A stretch of DNA of 37,213 bases from positions 198,035,361-198,072,573 of the forward strand of contig NC_068981.1 of assembly GCF_001194135.2 (NCBI RefSeq), written 5' to 3'. How positions within the stretch are numbered: the stretch's first letter is position 1; each line of letters starts with the position of its first letter. Shown in pieces: positions 1-10,900 of the stretch. Below the pieces are notes generated by a model. The model was not told where the DNA came from. It saw only the letters and a list, made by a program, of their open reading frames with translations, and made no database searches. Made by a program: the position numbers and the translations under genes. Origin of the DNA: Octopus bimaculoides. Lineage: Eukaryota.

Positions 1-339
1 CTTAAACGGGAGCCTAGCAGGACTTGGGGCACGAAAAAGAGCATTGCACTTACCGGTGTGACACCTCATCGAATGTAGGTGTCCGCTATCATTGGAGCAT
101 TGGGTTCAATACCACCCAATCTGAAAAAAAAAAAACATCTGCAAACCTTAGAGATACCCTACAAACTGATCTATTGCAAAAGTCGGCATCACTTGGAGCT
201 GCACGTTTATTGTGTAAAGTACTCCCTGTCTGAGGTCCTTGTTGTGACTTGACAGACAGTACAAACCACTGGTAGACACAATATCTTCAATCAACAACTT
301 CACGATATTGTATACTGTGTGATGTCTGTAATAATAATG

Positions 340-380
<41 letters not shown>
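1..380 (+). mobile_element. 3' end of an R4/Dong-type (restriction-like endonuclease) non-LTR retrotransposon, frameshifted, with (TAA)n tail
   Basis: Translates to VSAIIGALGSIPPNLKK then LLQKSASLGAARLLCKVLPV*, the typical C-terminal motif (xIGALG...LQKxAxLGxARxLxKVL); (TAA)n at about 328-380. Confidence 0.7.
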
Positions 381-570
381 CCTTTCTACTATAGACACAA
401 GACCTGATATTTGGAGGAGGCGGATAGTTAATTACATCAATCCCAGTCTACAACTGGTACTTATTTTATCGGCCCTGAAAGGATGACAGGCATAATTGAC
501 CTCAGCAGACTTTGAACTCAGAACAGACAGATGAAATGTCACTAATGGTTCTGTGAGCTCATCATCTTAA
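381..570 (-). mobile_element. tRNA-derived SINE (AAGTACCAGT / TTTCATCCTTTCGGGGTCGAT-type family)
   Basis: Same motifs as copies at 13510-13690, 26880-27150 and 33845-34570. Confidence 0.7.
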
Positions 571-2091
571 TTGAAATATTAATATTAAAGGCAATTTAAA
601 GCCCACGTACAGTGAGATGGAATGTGTCAAATGATGTTAATAATATTTTGATAAGAAATAATTAATTATAATTAATTTTTAGCATTAAATTACATAAAAT
701 ATCTGATATAAAAATTGGTTTCTATAGAATACAGAGCAAGTATAGAATTCTAATCTCGAAACTCGAAAAATTGGATGTGTTAAGAATCAGTCGAATCTAA
801 GAGACTAAAGATTCTTCAGAATGGGTCAGACTAGAATTCTGTTGCAATCATTCTGATTTGGAGTCAAAACTAACCACACAGCTAAAGTAATTGGCAATAT
901 GAGATCTTTTATAGCACTTACTGATTTGGGAGTTGGTTCCTTCATTCATTTTCTTCCCGCCCTACTTGGAGCTGTTGTCTGTCTTTGATAGTAACGTTAC
1001 AATATAAAACTTTCCTGCCATTTACAGAAATTGAACCATCAGATCAAACTTTCATTAAAAGTCAAGAATTTAGCATTGACAAAAATGGAAAATTTAATTT
1101 TAGCATCTGGACATAACTAAAAATTGGTTGATAGACAAACTTTCAAAGCAATTAGAATAATTAATTTGGCAAAAGTTGCCAGTCTGAGCAAATGTGAAAG
1201 AAAGGAATGAAAAATTCCTTCTGGTAGCAGCATAGCATTGTATTTGAGGATTTTTTTCAGATGAGAACCAGTTCTTTAAGAAATCTATAAGTGTAGCGAA
1301 TGGAAGGACTATTGTCTCATTAAATCAACTGTAACTCTGAGGAAGAAATTAGCTAAAAGTAAATTCTTCAATTTAAATATAACTAAATCTAGAGGTACAC
1401 AAACTTTGATCAAAATACATTAGTGGTTTCAAGCAGAACAATTATAGATATCATCATCATCATTATTAACGCCCGTTTTCCATGCTGGCATGGGTTGGAC
1501 GGCTTGACAGGAGCTGGCTCGGCAGAAGACCGCACCAGGGTTCGCTGTGTGTGTGTGTGTGTGTGTGTGTTAGAACATTTGAGTAGTTTTCGCCAGGGTG
1601 ATCCAAGCTAAAAGGTATGTTCTCTGAGTGCTCAATTTGGAAAGCCACTAAAATTACGGCATAAACTGCAGTTGAATATGCGGTTTCAGCCTTTCTAAAG
1701 TGGCTGGAAATGTCTTCCCCTGTTTTAATCTCTCTCTCTGATATGACATGATATATCTGAAAGACCCGTACAAAATTCAAACAAGTCAAGCGGTTGATAG
1801 AGTGAACGAAGGGAGGTAACTGCCATCGTCCTGTCAGCCACCTTTGACAGTTTTGTTTTACTTAATCGAACAGAATTCAATCGTAGAAGGAAAAGTTTGT
1901 TTAACTTACAGAATCTAATATTTAATTTAAAAAAACAGGAATATTTTTATGGTATTCTAAATCCTTTCTGAGGAACACGATTCTGTTTTGAAGATAGACA
2001 AAAACCTAATTCTTCTGGTTAAAAGTAATGACAGCCCCCCTCCCTCCCACAGATCACAAATTATCTAAAATATTTAAAAAATCGATTATGT

Positions 2092-2097
2092 TTTATT
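2092..2097 (-). promoter_or_regulatory. Candidate polyadenylation signal AATAAA for the ANKRD26-like gene
   Basis: AATAAA on the minus strand about 300 nt after the stop codon; use not demonstrated. Confidence 0.4.
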
Positions 2098-2391
2098 GCA
2101 GCGATATTATTTCATGTATATGTGTGTAGGTTATTTATGTATGTTTTCTTATGAACCGATCATTCTGTCAATGTGTGATGTTGGTAGGAAAACTTCAAGA
2201 ACTTAATTCTAACAAAACGACATTAGGGAGGATAATTGTTGTTCTTGCTGTTGTTAGCCTTAGATTTTAGCTGAAGAAAGTTAAATGAGGAAATGGTGAT
2301 AAACAAGCGAAACCTTGTGAAATCATAACAAGGGTGATGTGAAACGTCTGTGGAATCGGTAACACAGCAACGAGACTGGATAAACATTATT

Positions 2392-2492
2392 TCATAAACA
2401 ATATTTGTGTTTCATCAAAGTTAAATATTCTGCTTTCGACTTAGACAAGGCATTGTTTAACTCAATCAGTCCCAAAGATTTTACGGCAGAAC
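2392..2492 (-). CDS. ANKRD26: Model exon 20, terminal coding part: (G)SAVKSLGLIELNNALSKSKAEYLTLMKHKYCL*
   Basis: Long pyrimidine tract ttttttctttgtttttgtag|GT; TGA at 2394-2392; end resembles the ANKRD26 terminal EYxxxLKxxYxx* helix. Confidence 0.88.
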
Positions 2493-4960
2493 CTACAAAA
2501 ACAAAGAAAAAAAAAAGATTAATCCACAGTAAATCCATTTTAGTTCAATAAAAACAGAAAACAAACAGGCATAATGTGAGGAATGTATTTTAAATGGTTT
2601 CAACCACTGAACTATAGCTACGCTGAGGCAACATCATCATGTTGGGTGTTGCTCCAGTATGGCAACAGCTACTCATTGATTTTTTATTTCAATTTATTGA
2701 TCTTAGATGAATGATTGATCAAAATCATTGTAGTAAAAAATATCTACTCAGAATATAAAGGGAGATAAGCAAATGCGTCTAGTTATTGTATTCCGATAGT
2801 CTCCCCTTTTGCTATCTTCCCATCATATTTTATACAACTTCCTACAATCTCGATCAGTCTTCGATTCTACGATTGATTATTTTATATTTTACAGATTGTT
2901 TAAGATTTTCCCATCCTCCAACCCACCCTCCCACTTCATATTTATTATTTTTCCTTTGGTGTTTACTAGTTTTATTAACACAACAAACACATCTTGTTTT
3001 TGGTTTTTGTCATGCTTGAGAAGAAGACCCATCAAGCCGAGCAAAATCGCAGTTGTTACAGATACTGGTGTCACACAAATGGCACCGGTGCCGGTGGCAC
3101 GTAAAAGCACCCATTACACTCTCGAAGTGGTTGGTATTAGGAAAGGCATCCAGCCGTAGAAATCATGTCAAACCAGACTGGAGTCTAGTGCAGCCTCCCA
3201 GCTTACCAGCCCTGCTCAAACTGTTCAACCCATGCCAGCATGGACAACAGACGTTAAATGATGATGATGATGATGATAATGACATCATACAGGTGTCCCA
3301 TTCTTCTCTTGGAAATGAGATTCAAAGTGGCATAAGCAGCAGGTGTGAAGTCCTAAAAAGACAGACTTGGAGACGTGGCTGGTACAGCTGTGAACTCCTT
3401 GAACTTGAGAGTGTTTGGTGCTGCCAATATCTGTGCAGGAGACCAAAGGTTCAAGTCTTTCAGTCCCTCTATTGCTGTGACACTTGCATACAAAAGTTAT
3501 CACCACATTTGTTAGATTTTTAATTTCATAAAGTAATGTCAGGAACTATTACATCAGTGAAATATTTCCCGTGTTCCATTTCCCCAATCAATTTCAGTTT
3601 CTATTGCTTATTCATTTTTTGTTGATGGTGTAACAAACTCTAGTGAACTTCCTCTCTCTATTATGTAACAGACTTACGAACGTAGCAGGTAACAGCTAAC
3701 CTTTGGGATCCTTTTGGACCCTGTTGTGTCCACCACTTTGATTGGGTGATATTGGCGCAATTTTTTTCTTACTCTATCGCGCGCCAATATGCAACCCAAC
3801 CAATCGCAGCCTTTAAATAAGGTCATGTGAGACTGTCTGTTCTAAACAACATTTGAGCCTACCATCAGCTATAAAAACTCACCTCTTACTAGTCTGGATG
3901 TCTGTTGGTTTCAGACCTTCTAAGGTCTAACCACTGACCACATTGCAGACACCTCCATCTTCGTCACCACCACTGATGTTTCTCACCAACATCGTCGTCA
4001 ACATCTCCACATCACCAACACACTGCACTGGTTCTAACACATCGCTGTTCGTGAGCTTTCCTCACCAGGCTTAACAGCTAACATACAACCCACCCAGATG
4101 CATGTAGAGATATGAGCAACATTCAGCTCGTGTGTGTGTGTGTATATTAAATTCGACGACTGGCACCCATGCCAACGTCATCTCCTTCATTGGACATGAA
4201 ACTCAGCTTGCGAAGACTTATTGGGGCAAGCGAAAGCGAAATTGGGATGGCACCTGCGCCCAGCGTCGCCTTTCTGGCACTTGTGCCCGTGGCATGTTTA
4301 ATGGACTTTTGAGAGAGATCGTTGCCAGTGCCCCTGGATTGGCTCTTGTGCAGGTGGCACATAAAATACACCATTTTGAGCGTGGCCGTTGCCAGTACCA
4401 TCTGACTGGCCTTCGTGCGGGTGGCACGTAAAAGCACCCACTACACTCTCTGAGTGGTTGGCGTTAGGAAGGGCATCCAGCTGTAGAAACTCTGCCAAAT
4501 CAGATTGGAGCCTGGTGTTGCCATCTGGTTTCACCAATCCTCAGTCAAATCGTCCAACCCATGCTAGCATCGAAATTGGACGTTAAACGACGACGATGAT
4601 GATGATGATATATATATATATGTGTGACCACAATAAACGTATTTAAAGTTAGCACCTTCGTTCCATGTACTTTACCAGGTTCCTACCAAAACATGACAGC
4701 CTTCTGAGCAGAATCAGATTAGATGGAATACAACCCATTCAACTAAAGAGGGGAAACGACGTGATTTGGACACCTATTCATCTAAAGGGGTGACCCCGAC
4801 ATGATGTGGACACTAACTATCTAAAATGGTATATCGTGGGAGAGGTTGCCTTACTGGCACCATATCCTCACTCATTGAAGCACGACACAGGACAACAAAT
4901 TGTCCATAAAACAACACAGACGACTTTCTAAAATTTCTTTCCCATTTTACAGACTTGTAA

Positions 4961-4992
<32 letters not shown>

Positions 4993-7900
4993 TCACATAT
5001 TTTTTCCATGTAGCTGTCCATCTTAATTCTTCCAAAAATTCCTTCTACATTTCCTTATCCAAGATCCTCTATATGCATTTGATCCCAACCAATGCACCAT
5101 TCTCTCTTCTTCAATGCCAAATCATTTTTCCTTGCTTCTACTTTAGTGCAATTGACGATGATGGTGGGGGGGGAACAAAGATGATGATGATGATAGAGGC
5201 AATGGGGAATGAGGAGGAGGGTAATGATGATGATGTCATGTCAGTGCTTTAAGACTACGAAATGGTAACACTCACCTTGTAGTACAGTCAACGGCGACAT
5301 TTTCATATATGTAGGGTCACTTGACAGTTGTTCATCAAAAGGAGCTGCAATGAGACATTTTGCTCTAATTAATGTAATTACTGTAATATAAACATACAAA
5401 AACCTTTGGACTACTAATTTTCATAATTTATTCAAATGTCAAAATGTTAGCAAGATTAACAGAGACTATAGTCTTTGTGTGTGGCAAATGTGTGGATAGA
5501 ATAAGCACTAAAAATGCGCAGACTCCCTCAGTTGCTCAGGGGAACCATTACAAGAAGTAGATAGCTTCTGTTACCTAGGAGACCAACTTAACAGTGGGGA
5601 AGGGAGTTCTGAAAGTGTAATTGCTAGGATAAAAACAGGCTGGGCTAAATTCAGAGAGCTTCTATCTTTGTTAGTAACTAAGAGCCTCTCCACCAGAGTG
5701 AGAGGCAGATTATATAATGTGCCTGTGTACATACAGCTATGCTATGTGGCAGTGAGACATGTAGCTATGCTACATGTCTTTGCAAAGAGGACTTGACTAC
5801 AGGGAACTTGCGAAGGCCTGAAAGAAATGAAGCCAGTATGCTTCACTGGCAGTGTGCATGCTTGACAGAGTGTAAATGATTGAAAGAGGGAAACTGGGTG
5901 TTTGAGGCATCAGATGTTGTGAGAAAGAGAGAAGACTGCATTGGTTTGGTCACGTGATGTGCATGGACGAGAATAGCTGCATAAAGAAGTGCTGAGCTCT
6001 AACTGCGGAAGGTACCTGTGGAAAAGGTCGACCCAGGAAGACATGAGATGAGGTGGTGAGAGAGGGTTTTTGCATGCTGGGCCTCACTGAGGAAATGACA
6101 AAGGACTGGGAGATGTGGTGATTTGTTCTACTTCATAAGCTGGGTCAAGTGAAGTGAAATCGCCATCTTCCACACATACAGGCTTGTTCTTTGCAGGTGC
6201 CGGTGCCAATTAAAAGGCACCTGTGCCAGTGTTGTGTTAACGCACCCATGCTGGTGCTATGTACCTCTGTGAAGAGGTTGGTGTTAGGAAAGGCATCCAG
6301 CCATAGAAACCATGCCACAACAGACAGCTCCATGTCAAGCTGTCCAACCCATGCCAGCAGGGAAAGCTGACATTAAATGATGATGATATTTTTCTGTAAT
6401 TATGAATTAATTGCAAAGATTAATTAATATAATAAAATTCTCTTCTGTCAGATGTTGACAGATTGAAATGTGACAGAGACACAGAAACAGGTGTGTTGGT
6501 GCAGAGGGAGGGATCTTGTTAGCCGAGAAGGAAAAGGGGAAAAGGGGAAAAGGGGAAAAGGGGAAAAGATGGGGGAGATGAGGTGTTGGGGAAGGAGGAA
6601 GGCATATCTGGAAGGGCCAAGAAGATGGATAACGAGAGAAGAAGGACAGAGAATCAAGAATGGCTGGACAGTTAGGTTCAAGGTTCAAGCATATGAAAGT
6701 CATGGGAGGAGAGGGTAGAGATGAGGATAGAAGGAAATGCAGTGAATTCAGAAGAGGTGGGGACATGGTCGATGGTGAGCGTCAGTTTATGGAGGGGATG
6801 GGCAGTGGAAATAGGAACATTGTCGAAATAAATTCTTACGTGCTTCCAGATGTCTTTTAATGCTTCGATGCATCTCTTCTTTGAGTTTGCCATAGACATC
6901 GTTGTATTCCTGGTTAATTTGACCCACTTCACTTGGTGTAGAATTCATACTGGCATTTCTTGCATGAAACTTTGATGAAGAATTCAGAATGGAACTGTTG
7001 AGATCGAGTGGAGACTTCTCCCTAAAATAAACAATTATTTTATATTTTAAACATAGGGGTCACAATTTCACGGGGGTAAAAACTGAATGCAACATGGCAT
7101 ACTCTGAAACCCACATTGCTGGTAACTTATAAGCGAAGGCGATGGGTCAGAGCCAATACACATTTCAATTTGTGTACATCTTTCAATCCAATCCTTCTTT
7201 GCAGATTATGCTCTTCATATAAGTTTTCCCTCTTCTTTTCAATGTCTGTTTGTCAGTGTTGATAATTTTAACTCACACATCAAATAATTTGCGAGCCCTT
7301 GAGAATGCAACATATAGCTGACCATGGCCAAATACAGGTTCAGGCAAGAACGGCCCCGCTTCATCAAATGTCTGCCCTTGTGATTTATTGTACCCTGAAT
7401 TCATCATTATACTTATTGCCAGCCCTCACCTTAATGACAGCATCCATGTATAGGGCTTGTACAACCCATGCCAACCACCCCTATTTCTAGTTTCTGCATT
7501 GCCCACCAGATAAGGGAGACGGGGACCCTGCCAAACGCTTTCTCCATGTCAACAAAGACCAAGTGCAGACGTTTATCTTTGACCAGGTATTTCACCTGTA
7601 GTTGCCTCACCAGGAAGATATCATCAGAAGTGCTTCTTCCAGGTACAAAACCAAACAATGCCTTATCTCAGCTAACTCCCTTTCTGTAACTTTCATCCCT
7701 TGGTCTAGCAATTTGATACCTGTGTAATTATATCTGTCTCAGGCATCACTTTTACCTTTGTAGCAACATCATTAACATCCATTCTCCAGGCTGGCAATGG
7801 GCTGGATGGATTGACAGGCGACTGGTCAGCTGGAACAATGCATTAGGCACCAATGTCACCTTTGGCATGGTTTCCACAGCCGGATGCTCTTCCTAACACT

Positions 7901-10900
7901 TAATTGAGTGTACTGAGTGCTCTACTTGCAGCACCGAGTTGAGTATAATATTGCTACACCAGTTGTTGAGTATGAGTCACTCATGGATAATGTAATTAAC
8001 TAAATGGTGGACTAGGCCATCTCCCACTTCGCCAGATGTATGTGTGTGTGTGTGTGTGTGTGTGTGAGTAGAAAAAAAATGAGTGAACAAAAGATCTTTG
8101 ACTTACGGGATCCTACAGTTTAATGAAGCAAATCTCCAAAGTGGATCATATCCGCCATAAAAGATCGGTTGAGCACCTTGATAACGACTTAATTCTTTCA
8201 GGTAGAGTTCTCGGAAATGTAATGCTTCTTGTTCTTGCAGACTTTTCGTAGATAAAGCATTCTCGTAGCTGAGTCGCATCTGATTCAATTCACTCTGAAA
8301 TAAATCATTAATTTATGAGGAATAATGTCCAATGGTGCTGACAACTCCAGCAGTTGGCACTGAACCATTTTTGCAGAACTATTTCATGCTACTCAAAGTG
8401 AAACCATTTCATATTAAAATATAATATCTTCATATTTTGTTGTGTCTGGGGAGAATCATTCTCTTTTAATGCATTATATATATAAAAGCAACAATTAATC
8501 ATTTTTATTCTCTTACATTTATGGATTACACATGGAGGAGGAAATGGATTATGGGAATTCTATCTCTATATAGCAATTACAGATTCTTACCATGGATTTT
8601 AACCATGGATTTATCTTACTTTTTCAAAATTTTTATCTCAAATTTACATCAACACAGATTTATACCAATAATTTCAAATGGCAACTCCCTCATTCGATTT
8701 CCTCCACTGAAATTCATCCTTTTCTCTGATGAGTGGATAGACTTCCCAACGATGCTTATCAACTTTAGATTTCATTTTGAGAGGTAGGCTATTCATGAAA
8801 CGATCGTAAGAACTTTTAAAACATTAAAATATATGTGAGTGTGTGTGTGTGTGTGTGTGTGTATGTATGGGTGTGTGTACATACGTATACCACTTGTTAC
8901 ATAAACAGCAAGTAAAAGCCACAAAGTGAAGCTGCCAGATATAAAAGTTAGATCAGGTAAATGTCAACCTGTAAGTTCACTTTTAATTAAATTTATACTA
9001 ATTAATGGATCACTTTCAATGCTAAAAACATAATTATTAATTTACACAAAAAGACAAACACAAATTTAAAGATTAAAATATACACCACATACATACTTAT
9101 ACACATCAATATAAATCGATTCACCTGTAACTTATTCTTGTCAGCAGAAATTCTGTTCTCTTTCTCGGTCATCAGTTTTTCATATTGTTCGTGTTGTTGT
9201 TGTAGGAAATGGTTTACCTCTTCCAGTTTTTTACTTAATTCAATCCGGAGTTGTTTGTCAAGCTGAGGATGTCTCTGGTATCTAAAATCATCCGTCTGTA
9301 AAACACATTCATATCAGAAATAATTACATCAACATATTGCTAATTACACTGGTCAACAGCCAATTTTCATCAGGGATATTATATGGTGTTTTATATGTAG
9401 TTTTGTCTGCAGAGTTCAAAAATGTAATCGGTTTCCTTCTATCAGGCACAGTTTTTCTGATGAGATAAGAGAGGTATATAACTCCCATCAGCAGTATTGC
9501 TACACGTAAACGTCTTATACAGGTAAATTCTGACTTCTGTTTTATAACTATTTGTATTCATTTTGTAATTTTATGTTTTCAGAATCTTTTCATAAATTTT
9601 ACTTTCTGTTTAAGGTGCAAAGTCATCATCCTCATCAAATTCTACTCAGGATGTCAAAGTGATACATGAAGGAGTCATACCCAATGACTGGTGTAGCAGC
9701 ACTAGAGTCAACTGCTACAAAGGTAAAGGTGATGCATTAGATACAAATAATTACAGAGGTATCAAACTGTTGGATCAGGTAATGAAGGTCACAGAGAGGG
9801 TCATAGCCCAACTAATTAGGGAAAGAGTCAGTTTAGATGAGATGCAGTTTGGGTTCGTGCCAGGTAAAAGCACCACTGATGCTATATTTCTGGTAAGACA
9901 GCTGCAGGAGAAATACCTGGCCAAAGATAAAGTTCTGTACTTGGCTTTTGTTGACATGGAGAGAGCCTTTGACAGGGTCCCCAGATCCCTTAACTGGTGG
10001 TCAATGCAGAAACTAGGGATAGATGAGTGGTTGGTGAGAGCTGTACAAGCCATGTACAGAGATGCTGTCAGTAAGGTGAGGGTTGACAATGAGTATAGCA
10101 AATAATTCAGGGTATAAGTAGGGGTTCACCATGGATCAGCCCTCAGCCCCCGTTTATTCATCATAGTCCTCCAGGCAATAACAGGAATTCAGAACAGGTT
10201 GACCCTAGGAGCTCCTCTATTTTGATGACCTTGCTCTGATAACTGAGTCACTACCAGAACAAGAGGAGAAGTTTCAGGTGTGGAAGCAAGGATTAGAATC
10301 AAAGGCCCTTAGAGTTAACCTTGCAAAAACCAAAGTCCTAATAAGTAGGAAGGTAGACAAAGCACAAATCCCTTCAGGTAGATGGCCCTGCTCAATCTGT
10401 AAGAATGGTATAGATAGAAACTCCATAAGATGTACCCAGTGCAAGCTATGGACACATAAGAGGTGCAGCAATATCAGAGGAAGGTTAACTGGGAAGATAG
10501 ATTTTGTGTGTGGCAGATGCACAGGTGCAATAACATGTACAGAAAACAGATTCCATCACATGCCAGGAGGAAAAACTAGGAGTAGTTGACAACTTCTGTT
10601 ACCTAGGTGACTAAGTCAGTAGCAGGGATGGATGCTCTGAGAGTGTAGCTGCTAGAATAAGAATAGGCTGGACAATGTTCAGAGAGCTCCTATCTCTGCT
10701 GGTACCAAAGGGCCTCTCACTCAGAGTGAAAGGTAGACTGTATGACGCCTGTTTGCAAACAGCCATACTACACAGCAGTGAAACCTGGGCTGTGAGTGTT
10801 GAGGACATGCGTAGGCTTGAAAGAAACGAAGTCAGTGTGAATATACGACAGAGTGTAAGCATCCCGAGAGAAAAGTGGGACATAAGAAGCATAGGATGTG

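Noticed and set aside
921-970. Strong minus-strand donor (ATCA|gtaagt) preceded by ATGAATGAAGG...
   Set aside because: Poor acceptor, stops in all frames before the ATG, and no partner exon in the window.
1466-1789. 107-aa minus-strand ORF with a good acceptor at 1756 (IYHVISEREIKTGED...)
   Set aside because: No recognisable homology; it runs into a (CA)n tract and an RTE tail, and it lies downstream of the gene's stop and candidate polyA signal.
4132-4586. Cluster of overlapping 65-99 aa ORFs (and similar ones at 3053, 12708, 17118, 22222, 28316, 30919)
   Set aside because: All are translations of the RTE 3' UTR repeat on either strand; no coding signal.
6430-6830. Purine-rich stretch with ORFs of 66-119 aa on both strands (similar composition at 25560-25860)
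   Set aside because: Low-complexity with an (AAAAGGGG)n tract; probably old repeat sequence, but I could not assign a family or motif.
9218-9295. Shorter version of exon 16 using the internal donor GAG|gtaaac
   Set aside because: The frame stays open to the stronger donor at 9125, and the extension holds the conserved EVNxFLQ motif, so the longer exon was preferred.
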